A DNA stretch of 62,780 bases, counting the filler, from Asterionella formosa (lineage: Eukaryota): NCBI GenBank assembly GCA_002256025.1. It is 32 parts of 32 records of this genome, joined end to end, with 100 filler letters (N's around TTAATTAATTAA, not from the genome) between each part and the next. Parts side by side here need not be neighbours in the genome. Positions count along the whole stretch, not along the records: positions 12,296 to 13,560 come from NKIB01003319.1; positions 13,661 to 14,925 come from NKIB01003320.1; positions 15,026 to 16,290 come from NKIB01003321.1; positions 16,391 to 17,655 come from NKIB01003322.1; positions 17,756 to 19,019 come from NKIB01003323.1; positions 19,120 to 20,383 come from NKIB01003324.1; positions 20,484 to 21,747 come from NKIB01003325.1; positions 21,848 to 23,111 come from NKIB01003326.1; 24 more parts are not named here. One strand, given 5' to 3'. The position numbers and the translations under genes were made by a program. This document shows positions 12,296 to 24,575 of the stretch, piece by piece; the first letter of the stretch is position 1, and each line of letters opens with the position of its first letter. The notes under the pieces are model-generated. The model did no database searches, was not told the origin of the DNA, and was given only the letters and a program-made list of their open reading frames with translations.

Positions 12296-13560
12296 AGACT
12301 GTCCAATTGTGTACTGGGTTGTTTATGTATTCAAGGAACAAAATGTCAAATCGAGACCCATGTCCATCAAGTATTAGGAATGGTGGGGGCCCGTTGTTTC
12401 GAGGAAAGATGCCAGAGTCATCCATGTGCTTTAGCATGCCAACCAGAAGCTCTGCAGTGATTGAGCCGTTTTCCGACACACAGCAGTATGTAGGCAACTG
12501 TTTCCCTTCCACATCACAGACTGGTCCTTGTGGATATCGTTTTCCCTTTCCGCTGTTGCCATGTATGTTTTCATCTTCTCCTTCCCAAGCAGCAAACGGA
12601 TCTAGGCCAAGCACCCATTCGTCTTCCAGGGCTTTTGCGGCAAAAATAATTGCGCACATGATTGGTTGACCATTGGCTGCAGTGAATCCTAGGACAGTAA
12701 AGTGTGCATCTTTGGTCGAGGCCCGGATTTGAGGATGGCCACCTGCAATGCAAAGAAATTTTTCGCCACCAACGTTGCCATCTTTTGTTTGGGATGTATT
12801 GGAACCAACTTCGTCCACAAAGAGGAGACGGTCAGGTCTGATTAGCTCATATTCACTTGCTAACCCAAACGCTTCCTGCTCCTCAACTACTAACCCTTCT
12901 TTTGAGTACCATTGTTTGCTTGGGTTTTGTCTTGCAACTCCTCCAGCCACCATTTCTTTATAGACGTCTTTATACATTGACAAGAAGGACTGGTACGTAC
13001 ACCAATCTGCACGTTTGCTCTCAAACTTTACTCCCTTCTTTGCTGTAACTAACTGTGCATTTCTTTTCATAACTCCTTTCCAATAGGATTTCCCAAGTTC
13101 AGGCTTTTTGTTGATTTGGAATGGAATGCAATTTGTTTCTCTCCAATTGTTCACCTTTGCCATAGTTTCAGTACCAGCAATCAAAGAGTTGGCAAGCATC
13201 AGTCCTTCAGAAACAGAGATTGGGACCCTCATTTTTGCAAGTTGTTGAATGAGTCCAACAAGGTAAGGTTCAATCTCGTTCATTGGTGATTGATGTCCAT
13301 GTTTGCTAATATGATGCTGACCATTCTGAACCTCACCACTCTTCTTTATTTTGATTGCTGCTCTGCTTCTGACTGTTTCAAAACTAACCTTCACATTAGC
13401 AGGTATTCCATTCCTTTCCTTGGCAGCATCAATGATCAAAGAAATTGTTCCTTTGGAGGTACGTTTGCTGTTATTTTTGCTGTCTAGCATTTTATTCATG
13501 TACTCATCTGTTGCTTCACTCAATGCTTTTTGCATCTGGGATTTGTTGCTAATGGTGGCA
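12296..13560 (-). mobile_element. pogo/Tigger-like DDE_1 transposase (partial)
   Basis: CENP-B-like HTH region, then LFVDEVG, FTVLGFTAANG, NGSITAELL and LILDGHGSR. Confidence 0.88.
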
Positions 13561-13660
13561 NNNNNNNNNNNNNNNNNNNNNNNNNNNNNNNNNNNNNNNN
13601 NNNNTTAATTAATTAANNNNNNNNNNNNNNNNNNNNNNNNNNNNNNNNNNNNNNNNNNNN

Positions 13661-14925
13661 TGAAAGCTACAAGAGTTTGGTAGTAGGAAGGTTCGGCCTG
13701 GCGCGCAACACGCTAACGGTCGAAGAGATTAAGACAGACATCCGGGACTACTACGATCTATATGTCCGGGATGACGTCAAAACGACTGACAAGAACAAGA
13801 GTGAACAGGCCTTCTACACGAAAGGGAAGTTCAAAGGTGACTGTCGTAAGTGTGGCAAGTATGGCCACAGGGCGGCTGAATGTCGCAGCAAGGGCAATAG
13901 TGCCGACAAGAAGGAGCTCACTCCTGAGCAGAAAGAAAAGAGGAAAACGATCAAGTGTTTCAAGTGCCAACGCATGGGACACTACGCAAGTGAGTGCACC
14001 AGTAACAGTGCATCTAAGAATAATAGAAACGAAGAGAACAACACGACTACATCTACCCAGCAAGGAATGTTCGTCGCCACGTGCGTCGAAATTAGTTACA
14101 ACGAGGAAGTCAACCTTGTTCGTGACGTCAGAAATCGCTGGTTGTTAGACAGCGGTGCTACTGTTCACATCTGCACAGACGTGCGCATGATGGAAGACAA
14201 GAAACAAGTGAGTGAAACGGTCGTGGTAGGAAATGGAACTGAGATAGTATCAACTGTCTCTGGTACCGTGACTCTGACGACTACGGACGAAGGAAAATGC
14301 TTGAAACTCACCGATGTGCTTTATGCACCGGAGCTCAAGCAGAACATCATCAGTGTCTCTAGAATGATCGACAAGGGTAATCAAGTGATCTTCGAGGACG
14401 ATAGGATGACGATACGAAACAAAAGCGCTTTTCTAACCTGCAAAAGAGATAAAACTCGAAAGCTCGGAGCAATGTATCATGTCGAAGGTAATCCGATCAT
14501 CAAGCAAACGGTGATGGAAGTCGATCAACTGCAAGAGAACGCGACACAACAATCGATCGACGACTACAACGAAAACGATTGGACGAAAGTTGAAGCAAAG
14601 AAAACGAACAAAGGAAAGAACAAATGGAATAATCAAAATGGTGAGTTTAAAAATAATTATGTGATTGTCGATATCAATGAAGCGCATGCGATGCTTGGTC
14701 ATGTGGGCGAGAAATGTTTGTACGATACGGCGAAATTATTTGGATGGAAGTTGAGCGGCATCATGACAGTGTGCGCAGGCTGTGCGGCAGCGAAAGCTAA
14801 AGCACGAGCCGTCCCAAAAACAACGCAGGAAAAATCGACGGTACCTGGAGAGAGACTGTTTGTGGACATCAGCGGACCCTACGCGAAATCCGCTGTTGGC
14901 AATCAGTACTGGGTCATGGCAGTGG
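13661..14925 (+). mobile_element. Ty1/Copia gag-pol fragment (two CCHC knuckles, protease, start of integrase)
   Basis: CRKCGKYGHRAAEC, CFKCQRMGHYASEC, WLLDSGAT, AHAMLGH..CAGC, LFVDISGP. Confidence 0.95.
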
Positions 14926-15025
14926 NNNNNNNNNNNNNNNNNNNNNNNNNNNNNNNNNNNNNNNNNNNNTTAATTAATTAANNNNNNNNNNNNNNNNNNN
15001 NNNNNNNNNNNNNNNNNNNNNNNNN

Positions 15026-15133
15026 GCGCTTCAGTCCTACGATGCCACTGGAAGGCAAATGCTCAAGGATGACGAGTTTGACCTATTGAAGGAAGATTTG
15101 CAATGGAACGGATCTGAGCATATATATAGCTAA
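15026..15133 (+). pseudogene. PGRL1: Truncated PGRL1-like fragment
   Basis: ALQSYDATGRQMLKDDEFDLLKEDLQWNGSE resembles the plant PGRL1 motif ALQSFY..G..IMSNEEFDNLKEELMWEGS; similarity ends abruptly, stop at 15131, no splice donor. Confidence 0.65.
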
Positions 15134-16390
15134 AACAAGGAAAGACGACACAACAATGAACGTGATGGCTGGTTGTTGAGGATACCGGTATGTGATATGC
15201 ATCAATCCATCATGTCACAAATCATATTATAGTGATGTACATATCAACGCATCCGTATACTTAGATCCTATCCACTGTATAATACTATCATATTAAGTGT
15301 TGACTTTAACTGTATACATTAAACGACAGACATATATATTAATTAACATACTTTATGATTGCTTGATTTATATTCTGTGATGTATCGATAACACTTGCGT
15401 ACATATTTTATCGTATTTTATTGTCATTGTACTATTTTTACATGATCATATTTTGATCATAATTATATCATAAACATTTTATAAAATAATCATAGTTTTA
15501 TGATCAATGTATCATAGCTATGTGATGTACTATATTCAATATTACGTATCATACTTTGGTGATGTATGCATCGATGTAACCCTATCATGATATCACAGTA
15601 TCATCTTATCAATCATGATGAGATGATTGGGAAGCAAATGTATTCTGCAACGTGCTACACAGGGTATATTATTATATCACGCAATTTAGTAGCGAAGTCA
15701 CTCCGCCTGTAATGTACTAAAGTCGACAGTGCACATACCGGTACTCACATGCTAATCAGGTTTGAGGCAACGGACAGTGGTTCCAACGAGCGAATGATGA
15801 TACCACGGGTACCAATTTTTCCAGCGAAAGAACTTGTCTCTCTATTGATGACAATAACACAGACACCGACTTTTCCAGGAGCAAATAACAATGAAAAAAC
15901 CAACTTGTCGCTCTATTGATGTTAACAAAGATGCGGACAAGTTCAACAGTGAATACAAGAACAACATACCAATGAAAACAAGTCGACAGGGTGTGTACGC
16001 ACAAGCCAAGCAGGTTTGAGGCAACGGACCATTCCAACAAGCAAATGACGATACAGATATCAAATTCTTCCTACAAGCAACTTGCTTTCGCTCTCTTGAC
16101 GGTATCATTCAAGTACAGTATGCCAAATGCAGAAACGAGCGAGCGATATGAAAATGAAATGCGTTCTAATCAGAATCATTCTATAACTATAGCTATGTGG
16201 ACAGTAGTCTGTTACGCACATTTTCGTATCTCCTTCTATACCGAATCGAAATAGTAGATGTAGTCTCATGTGAGAATTGAAAATTTCAACNNNNNNNNNN
16301 NNNNNNNNNNNNNNNNNNNNNNNNNNNNNNNNNNTTAATTAATTAANNNNNNNNNNNNNNNNNNNNNNNNNNNNNNNNNNNNNNNNNNNN

Positions 16391-17655
16391 CCGGATTTTT
16401 TCACCTACACCCTACACAGTGGTGATTGTTACAACTACTGACTTGTCAATTACTTCATCAATATTGGAGCAATCCATACCTAAGAACCACTCAACTCATT
16501 GGAAGATAGTACCGAATGAGATGGTATTCCGTTGATTCACAATTGATCAATGCTACATGGTATTCCGTTGATTCACAATGGATCAATGCTACTCATCATT
16601 TACATGTCACAGCCCGGATTGTTTCACCTTCAACCTACATGAGCAGTGATGATTGTTATCACTACTGATTTGTCAATAACTTCATCAATATTGGAGCAAT
16701 CCATACCTAAGAACCACTCAACTGATTGGAAGAACGTACCGAATGAGATGGTATTCCGTTGATTCACAATTGATCAATGCTACATGGTATTCCGTTGATT
16801 CACAATGGATCAATGCTACTCATCATTTACATGTCACAGCCCGGATTGTTTCACCTTCAACCTACATGAGCAGTGATGATTGTTATCACTACTGATTTGT
16901 CAATAACTTCATCAATATTGGAGCAATCCATACCTAAGAACCACTCAAGTCATTGGAAGATAGTACCGAGTAAGATGGTATTCCGTTGATTTACAATTGA
17001 TCAATGCTACTCATCATTTACATGTCACAGCCCGGATTTTTTCACCTACACCCTACACTGTGGTAATTCTTCGTACTATTGATTTGTCAATAACTTCATC
17101 AATATTGGAGCAATCCATACCTAAGAACCACTCAACTCATTGGAAGATAGTACCGAGTAAGATGGTATTCCGTTGATTTACAATGGATCAATGCTACTCA
17201 TCATTTACATGTCACAGCCCGGATTTTTTCACCTACACCCTACACGGTGGTGATTCTTCGTACTACTGACTTGTCAATAACTTCATCAATATTGGAGCAA
17301 TCCATACCTATGAACCACTCGACTCATTGGAAGATAGTACCGAATAAGATGGTCTTCCGTTGATTCACAAATGATCAATGCTACTCATCATTTACATGTC
17401 ACAGCCCGGATTTTTTAACATACACCCTACACGGTGGTGATTCTTCGTACTACTGATTTGTCAATAGCTTCATCAATATTGGAGCAATCCATACCTATGA
17501 ACCACTCAACTCATTGGAAGAACGTACAGAATGAGATGGTATTCCGTTGATTCACAATTGATCAATGCTACATGGTATTCCGTTGATTCACAATGGATCA
17601 ATGCTACTCATCATTTACATGTCACAGCCCGGATTGTTTCACCTTCAACCTACAT
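16391..17655. repeat. Satellite, 187-bp monomer with 191/223/227-bp variants
   Basis: CCGGATT anchor at 16391, 16614, 16841, 17032, 17219, 17406 and 17629. Confidence 0.95.
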
Positions 17656-17758
17656 NNNNNNNNNNNNNNNNNNNNNNNNNNNNNNNNNNNNNNNNNNNNT
17701 TAATTAATTAANNNNNNNNNNNNNNNNNNNNNNNNNNNNNNNNNNNNNNNNNNNNTAA

Positions 17759-18263
17759 GGGCCAATCTTAACAGAGATACAAATTATTTTTTGTTGTATC
17801 TTCAAAAAAAATGAATCTTTACAGAGATACATTTCACAAATATATCTCTGTAACGGTAAAACAGTTAGCCGTTTTCTTTATGTCTCTGCAAACATGTGCA
17901 TCAGACTCAGCGAAAATATTTGCAATGTGAACTTCAATTATTCAATGTGTCTGACCATTATCATTACTGTAATGACAACGACAAATCGACTGGAAGAACC
18001 TGACAGTTGGGATGTCATTGACAATCTTGATAATGAAGCAGAACAACAGAGCTTTTTGTTAATTGCAGCAGTTACATTATCATTTTTGGAGTCCTATGAA
18101 CGAAACTCGAAGCCAGTGCGAATTCCGAAACGGGAGCATCAACAAATTGACTGGAATGAGCATGTCACAAAGCTTCTTCATGAGAATAGATTTCATTGTG
18201 AATATCGCATGTCTCTTGAAGCTTTTCAGTCAACTACTGGAACTCCTTCGACCTTCTATCACA
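17759..18263 (+). mobile_element. PIF/Harbinger 5' end with truncated, frameshifted transposase N-terminus
   Basis: TAA followed by GGGCC terminus; WNEHVTKLLHENRFHCEYRMSLEAF / QLLELLRP resembles the Harbinger F...RM...F..L helix region. Confidence 0.6.
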
Positions 18264-18352
18264 TCATTTGTGGACGAGAAATTTTGTCGGGGGCTCAGCG
18301 TGTTCATGACCCAGACTTGTTGGAAGAGCGGGCCAAAGCATGGGGAATCGTT
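18264..18352 (+). pseudogene. Aspartyl-tRNA synthetase C-terminal fragment
   Basis: ICGREILSGAQRVHDPDLLEERAKAWGI matches the eukaryotic AspRS motif GEEILSGAQRIHDP.LL.ERA. Confidence 0.8.
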
Positions 18353-18418
18353 GTCAGAAATGATTCGACAAATATAATGACACTTTTTACCTTACTGAGA
18401 CTTTTAATCATAGAGTTT

Positions 18419-18975
18419 TCACCGGTAGGCTCGTTGCTGCGGTTGCAAATCAATAACCATAATCGTCATGTTATCTCCGCCAATACCTTGGGTAGATCGA
18501 GGATCTTCACTAATGATTTCATCTAGCATCTCAATTCCAATCTCTACTGGCGTCTTGGTGTCAATTCGCTCTCTCACTTATTTTACCGCCTGTTCGTTAG
18601 TGAGGCAATCCCAAATACCATCACAACCCAAAAAATGGATTCGTCATTTGGATGCAGAATCACCTGAACAATATCGGGTTCCGCTGTAATCATTTGTCCT
18701 GCTGGGGGAGTTCCAGGAACTTGTTTATATTTCAGATCACCTACTATGGATCGAGAAAGGTTCAAGTTTCCATTCACACGCCCGAATTGGTTGACAAATC
18801 GACCAGCCTTGTGAATTCTATCCATTTCTCGATCTTGCTGTGGTTTGTGGTCGAAACTTAATGCTTCCGTCTTTCCACCTGCCCTACAAAGGACAGCTCG
18901 AGAATCCCCAGCATTCGCAACAGCTTGTGTACATCCAATGATAACCGCCACGATTGCTGTACAGCCGGCATCAAT
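18419..18975 (-). pseudogene. Protein phosphatase 2C (PPM) C-terminal fragment, disrupted
   Basis: AGCTAIV, ANAGDSRAVL, DHKP, NLSRS.GD, LGCDGIWD and GGDNMT motifs; frameshift near 18632 and in-frame TAA near 18579. Confidence 0.9.
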
Positions 18976-19119
18976 TTGGGAGCAGTTGCATCATTTCTTT
19001 TCCTCTGATTCTCGGGAGGNNNNNNNNNNNNNNNNNNNNNNNNNNNNNNNNNNNNNNNNNNNNTTAATTAATTAANNNNNNNNNNNNNNNNNNNNNNNNN
19101 NNNNNNNNNNNNNNNNNNN

Positions 19120-20383
19120 ATCAAGATTGGTAGCAGCTTCACTTTTGATGAAGCCCACTTTACCTCTTCCAAACGCCCTCCTGGGCCTCAATTTCTCTTT
19201 GACCTTGGTCTCCACCAATCTACTATCCTGGAGCCCCATACTGAGCAATTGTCCACAACCATTCCTGCTGCTGCCCCTGAACCACCCTTTCCTATGTGTG
19301 CACCTATGATTCCTCCACTACGTGCATGTGATTTTCCCCTACCCTTTGGTGAAAACTTCACACCTCCTCCTTCCAATGCCTTCCTTCTTCCTTCTCCTGG
19401 TGATCATCCTACCATTGCTGCCGCTGCTGCCCTTTCTGCTCCAGAAGTAATGTCAATTGAATTGTCTGGGAATCCTTTTGGCTCTAGCTTTGTTGAATCT
19501 ATTCCGATCACAGGTACACATATCAAAGCTGGCCTGGAAGTTCAATTTGATCCCATTCGTGGATGCCTTTGCTTGATATCCTGCACCCCTGGTACACCCG
19601 CTGCCCGCATCAGTCGCTGGCGCTCTCGTCTTCGCTTTGCTTATATCTTATCTGTAAATGATGTTCCTGTTTCCACCATTACTGATCTGTTCTCTGCCAT
19701 TGCTCATGCGCGTACTACTTCTCCCCATGCCTCGACCTGCAACATCTCTTTTACCTTTGATGACATCCACAACACTCTTTCAGCTCAGGGTCTCCCTCAA
19801 TTACATTTTGACCAACTTCGAGATATACGTAAAATTAAACAAAGCTTGCACAAGGATTTTTCTGTCCCTAAAGCCAGTAGTTTAACTCGAAAGGGCCTTC
19901 AAACCCAACCTGACTGGTTGGAATGGCTTGCTGCTGAGTTCCACCAATTAGATCAATATGCCCAGCAGGATATGCATGTTTGGTGATCCTTGCCCTCCTC
20001 CTCTTGATACTTCCATCTTTCATTGGGTATGGATATACAAAATCAAGGAAGAAGAACCAAACCGAAAAAAGGCTAGGGCTGTTTGTGATGGTTCTACTCG
20101 TGGGGGCCAAGCTCAAGTTCATGGTCCCACATAAGCACCCACCCCTGACATGACGGATATGCGTCTCTTCTTTGCACTTGCTGCTCTTGAGAACAAATTG
20201 GTCTTTGGTGCTGACGTTTCCAATGCCTTTGCTGAAGCCACTGCCCCTTCCAGTCAGTTATGTCATTCCAATAAGAAAGAACTTACAAGGTCATCCTGAA
20301 GCTCCTCGCCAATGGTCCCGCCACATTGATACCATCTTGCAGGAATACAATTTTGTCCCCACAGTTCATGCTCCTTGCCTCTA
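19120..20383 (+). mobile_element. Degenerate Ty1/Copia pol (integrase-RT linker with PDZ-like insert, start of RT)
   Basis: FDEAHF, EFHQLDQY, WVWIYKIK..KKARAVCDGS, GADVSNAFAEA, NLQGHPEAPRQW; stops, frameshifts and an internal deletion. Confidence 0.88.
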
Positions 20384-20641
20384 NNNNNNNNNNNNNNNNN
20401 NNNNNNNNNNNNNNNNNNNNNNNNNNNTTAATTAATTAANNNNNNNNNNNNNNNNNNNNNNNNNNNNNNNNNNNNNNNNNNNNAAGAACAAGACTAGATA
20501 GACTATTAACAGAAAGCTCACAATATTACAAAGTGTAAAGTGAAAATACGTTTTCAGCTTTAGAGATCTTAAAAGTAAGATCTGTGATATTTCAACTAGA
20601 CAATTTAACACGTTTTAAAACGAACCTACAGGTCTAGAGAC

Positions 20642-21747
20642 ATGGTTACGGCCGATGAGAAATCAGGTGAGACTGTTCGCTTGATCAAGTTTGATGGAAG
20701 CGAAGCTGCTTGGCATGAGTGGAGTATCAAGACTCTTCAGCTTGCGAAATCTAAAGGTTTTAGGCATGTTTATGCCAAAGACACGAAGCCAATCGACGAT
20801 GATGCCTATTTGGTGTCTACTGATGATGACGAGAAGAAGAAGTATGAGTTGAATGACAAGGCATATCAGCTATTGATTCTTAGTGTCAGTGGGATTGCAT
20901 TTGGGATTGTGAATTCTGCCAAGACAGACGATTTGATGGATGGAGATGCTTTTCTTGCCTGGCAGTATTTGGAGGATCGATATGCTCCTCATCAAGTTAC
21001 TGATTTGATTCAGCTAACAGGTGAATTCAACGATTGTACTTTGGAGAGTACTAAAGCAGACCCAGATGAATGGTTCATTGCTCTCGATAACATCAAGAAC
21101 AGAATGCGTCAAATTGATTCATCATTTGAAAAGAAAGAGGTTGAAGTCATTGCGCACATGATGAACAAGTTACCTAAAGAGTACAGTGAAGTCATTACTG
21201 TTATTGAAGGAATGGGTACTATTACTTTATCAGATTTGAAATCTAAACTTCGTGCATTCTACAAAAGGAAGTTCAAGGATCTAAATACCAACGAGATTGC
21301 TTTGTTTGCAAATGGTAAATTCAAGGGACTTTGCAAGAATTGTGGAAAACAAGGACACAAGGCAGCTGACTGCCGATCCAAGAGCAATACAGCAGGCGCA
21401 AACAAAGAAACGAAAGGCAAAGGTGTCAAATGTTTCAATTGCAACAAGTATGCAGGTCACATTGCTAAGGATTGTCCTGAAGAAAAGAAAACAAAGGAAA
21501 AGAAAGAAACTGGAATGTTTGTTGGTATTGTTGAAACGATCGAAATCCATGATGAAAAGTCTGATACAGATGATGATTTTGAAATAATTAACTTGACTAC
21601 AAACAACAAGACGTTTTTTGACTATGAATATGTTGAAGACACAAAGGTCTACATTACATGCGAAGAAACAGAATATGCATTTATTGGAGTGACGATTGAA
21701 ATTGAGGATGAAGAGATCAATCAAGCACACCATGCAAGCATCAAAAA
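20642..21747 (+). mobile_element. Ty1/Copia gag (two zinc knuckles), 3'-partial
   Basis: IKFDG..W..W, AWQYLEDRY, NKLPKEYSEV, CKNCGKQGHKAADC, CFNCNKYAGHIAKDC; near-identical copy at 53353-53975. Confidence 0.92.
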
Positions 21748-21847
21748 NNNNNNNNNNNNNNNNNNNNNNNNNNNNNNNNNNNNNNNNNNNNTTAATTAAT
21801 TAANNNNNNNNNNNNNNNNNNNNNNNNNNNNNNNNNNNNNNNNNNNN

Positions 21848-23111
21848 TTCGTTTTCAAGTTATAGCATCTGTTAGTTAACTAGGCCGAAGCTTATGGACC
21901 TGAAATACGACGATTGAAGATTGAGAAGCTATTAAGGCAAAATCGTTGTATTTCGGTATTCAGGAAATTTCATTGCCTCCTTATGGTCCTGAAGATTAAA
22001 GACTAAAATACGGTACATGTCAAATAACCTGATGTCATGATTTGATCTATAATTTCGATGAAAAAATGATAGTCTCGGGGGTATATTGTTTGTAATTGTT
22101 ACAATGGAAATCATAAACACTCAAAATTACCATTGTCGTGATTGCTCTTGTTGGAATCAAAGGCCTTCACATCGGCCTGTCGCCTTTCTCCTTCTTCCCA
22201 ACCACCTCAAGCAACGCCATACTGTCCCAATGGTGGTTCAAGCAAACGTTCGTGATCGTGATTGTGGTCATCGAACCTGATGTTGGTACATATCCTGACT
22301 GATCTCATGGAATACTTTCTATTGTATTGTAGTTCTCAGCCAAGACACACGTATCATTTCGTATCATCCATTGGACACATAAAAATACTCGCTACAGTTG
22401 GAAAGACCAAGGAGCGACGAAATGCCAGAAACTAAATGATGCTGAGCAGGAGGAAGCCTCCTTAATTGTCAAGGCGGTGGAGAGGCTCAAACTTTAATTG
22501 GAGCAGGAGTAGGATCATGATAAAATTAATAACCGGAACGTTGCCTCCTCACGACGGCTGCTAGAGAAGGAGCTCAACATTCATTTCAAGCGCTTGGAGG
22601 TCAATCAGAAAAACGAAGAAGCATTCCAAAGACAATGCGGCATATCTGCAAGATTGATCCAAAAGAGGTTCCTTCTATTCCTACTTTACCTTCCTCTGAT
22701 CCTACTTCAACTCTTTCTGATCCCATTTTACATCCTCCTTTTGATGATACTTTACCTTCTTCTGATCCTATCATGCCCGTCGTTCCCCCCAAGAATTGTT
22801 GCTGAATGAATGGGCTCCAAAAAGTGCGGTTTGATGATTGCAAGAGACAGGGAGCGAACCTTATATCGCCCTCAAATTTGGAAGGAAATGGTAAACTCGG
22901 TTGAAGATGCCTTCAACAAAGGTGGTCCGGCTGGAATCATGATTAGGGGACCGCAGCGAATTGGCAAGTCGCACTCAGCACTTGTCAACTTGGTTCGTAC
23001 GTTGCAATATGACAGCAGGTGCAAGTACCTCGTAACTTTCATTCCAGACTATGAAAAATGGAAAGACTTGTACACTTTAATTTGCAGTTCATTTGGTACT
23101 TCATTATCTGC
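21848..23111 (+). pseudogene. Crinkler/RHS-like P-loop NTPase pseudogene, 5' part (copy 1 of 3)
   Basis: IMIRGPQRIGKSHS Walker A-like motif; in-frame TGA at 22807; homologous to the 57438-58698 locus. Confidence 0.65.
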
Positions 23112-23211
23112 NNNNNNNNNNNNNNNNNNNNNNNNNNNNNNNNNNNNNNNNNNNNTTAATTAATTAANNNNNNNNNNNNNNNNNNNNNNNNNNNNNNNNN
23201 NNNNNNNNNNN

Positions 23212-24475
23212 TTCGTTTTCAAGTTATAGCATCTGTTAGTTAACTAGGCCGAAGCTTATGGACCTGAAATACGACGATTGAAGATTGAGAAGCTATTAAG
23301 GCAAAATCGTTGTATTTCGGTATTCAGGAAATTTCATTGCCTCCTTATGGTCCTGAAGATTAAAGACTAAAATACGGTACATGTCAAATAACCTGATGTC
23401 ATGATTTGATCTATAATTTCGATGAAAAAATGATAGTCTCGGGGGTATATTGTTTGTAATTGTTACAATGGAAATCATAAACACTCAAAATTACCATTGT
23501 CGTGATTGCTCTTGTTGGAATCAAAGGCCTTCACATCGGCCTGTCGCCTTTCTCCTTCTTCCCAACCACCTCAAGCAACGCCATACTGTCCCAATGGTGG
23601 TTCAAGCAAACGTTCGTGATCGTGATTGTGGTCATCGAACCTGATGTTGGTACATATCCTGACTGATCTCATGGAATACTTTCTATTGTATTGTAGTTCT
23701 CAGCCAAGACACACGTATCATTTCGTATCATCCATTGGACACATAAAAATACTCGCTACAGTTGGAAAGACCAAGGAGCGACGAAATGCCAGAAACTAAA
23801 TGATGCTGAGCAGGAGGAAGCCTCCTTAATTGTCAAGGCGGTGGAGAGGCTCAAACTTCAATTGGAGCAGGAGTAGGATCATGATAAAATTAATAACCGG
23901 AACGTTGCCTCCTCACGACGGCTGCTAGAGAAGGAGCTCAACATTCATTTCAAGCGCTTGGAGGTCAATCAGAAAAACGAAGAAGCATTCCAAAGACAAT
24001 GCGGCATATCTGCAAGATTGATCCAAAAGAGGTTCCTTCTATTCCTACTTTACCTTCCTCTGATCCTACTTCAACTCTTTCTGATCCCATTTTACATCCT
24101 CCTTTTGATGATACTTTACCTTCTTCTGATCCTATCATGCCCGTCGTTCCCCCCGAGAATTGTTGCTGAATGAATGGGCTCCAAAAAGTGCGGTTTGATG
24201 ATTGCAAGAGACAGGGAGCGAACCTTATATCGCCCTGAAATTTGGAAGGAAATGGTAAACTCGGTTGAAGATGCCTTCAACAAAGGTGGTCCGGCTGGAA
24301 TCATGATTAGGGGACCGCAGCGAATTGGCAAGTCGCACTCAGCACTTGTCAACTTGGTTCGTACGTTGCAATATGACAGCAGGTGCAAGTACCTCGTAAC
24401 TTTCATTCCAGACTATGAAAAATGGAAAGACTTGTACACTTTAATTTGCAGTTCATTTGGTACTTCATTATCTGC
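23212..24475 (+). pseudogene. Same 1264-bp segment, copy 2
   Basis: Identical ends; only a few substitutions versus copy 1. Confidence 0.65.
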
Positions 24476-24575
24476 NNNNNNNNNNNNNNNNNNNNNNNNN
24501 NNNNNNNNNNNNNNNNNNNTTAATTAATTAANNNNNNNNNNNNNNNNNNNNNNNNNNNNNNNNNNNNNNNNNNNN

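Noticed and set aside
16391..17655. CRISPR-like array
   Set aside because: The whole unit repeats with no unique spacers; eukaryotic context; no cas genes.
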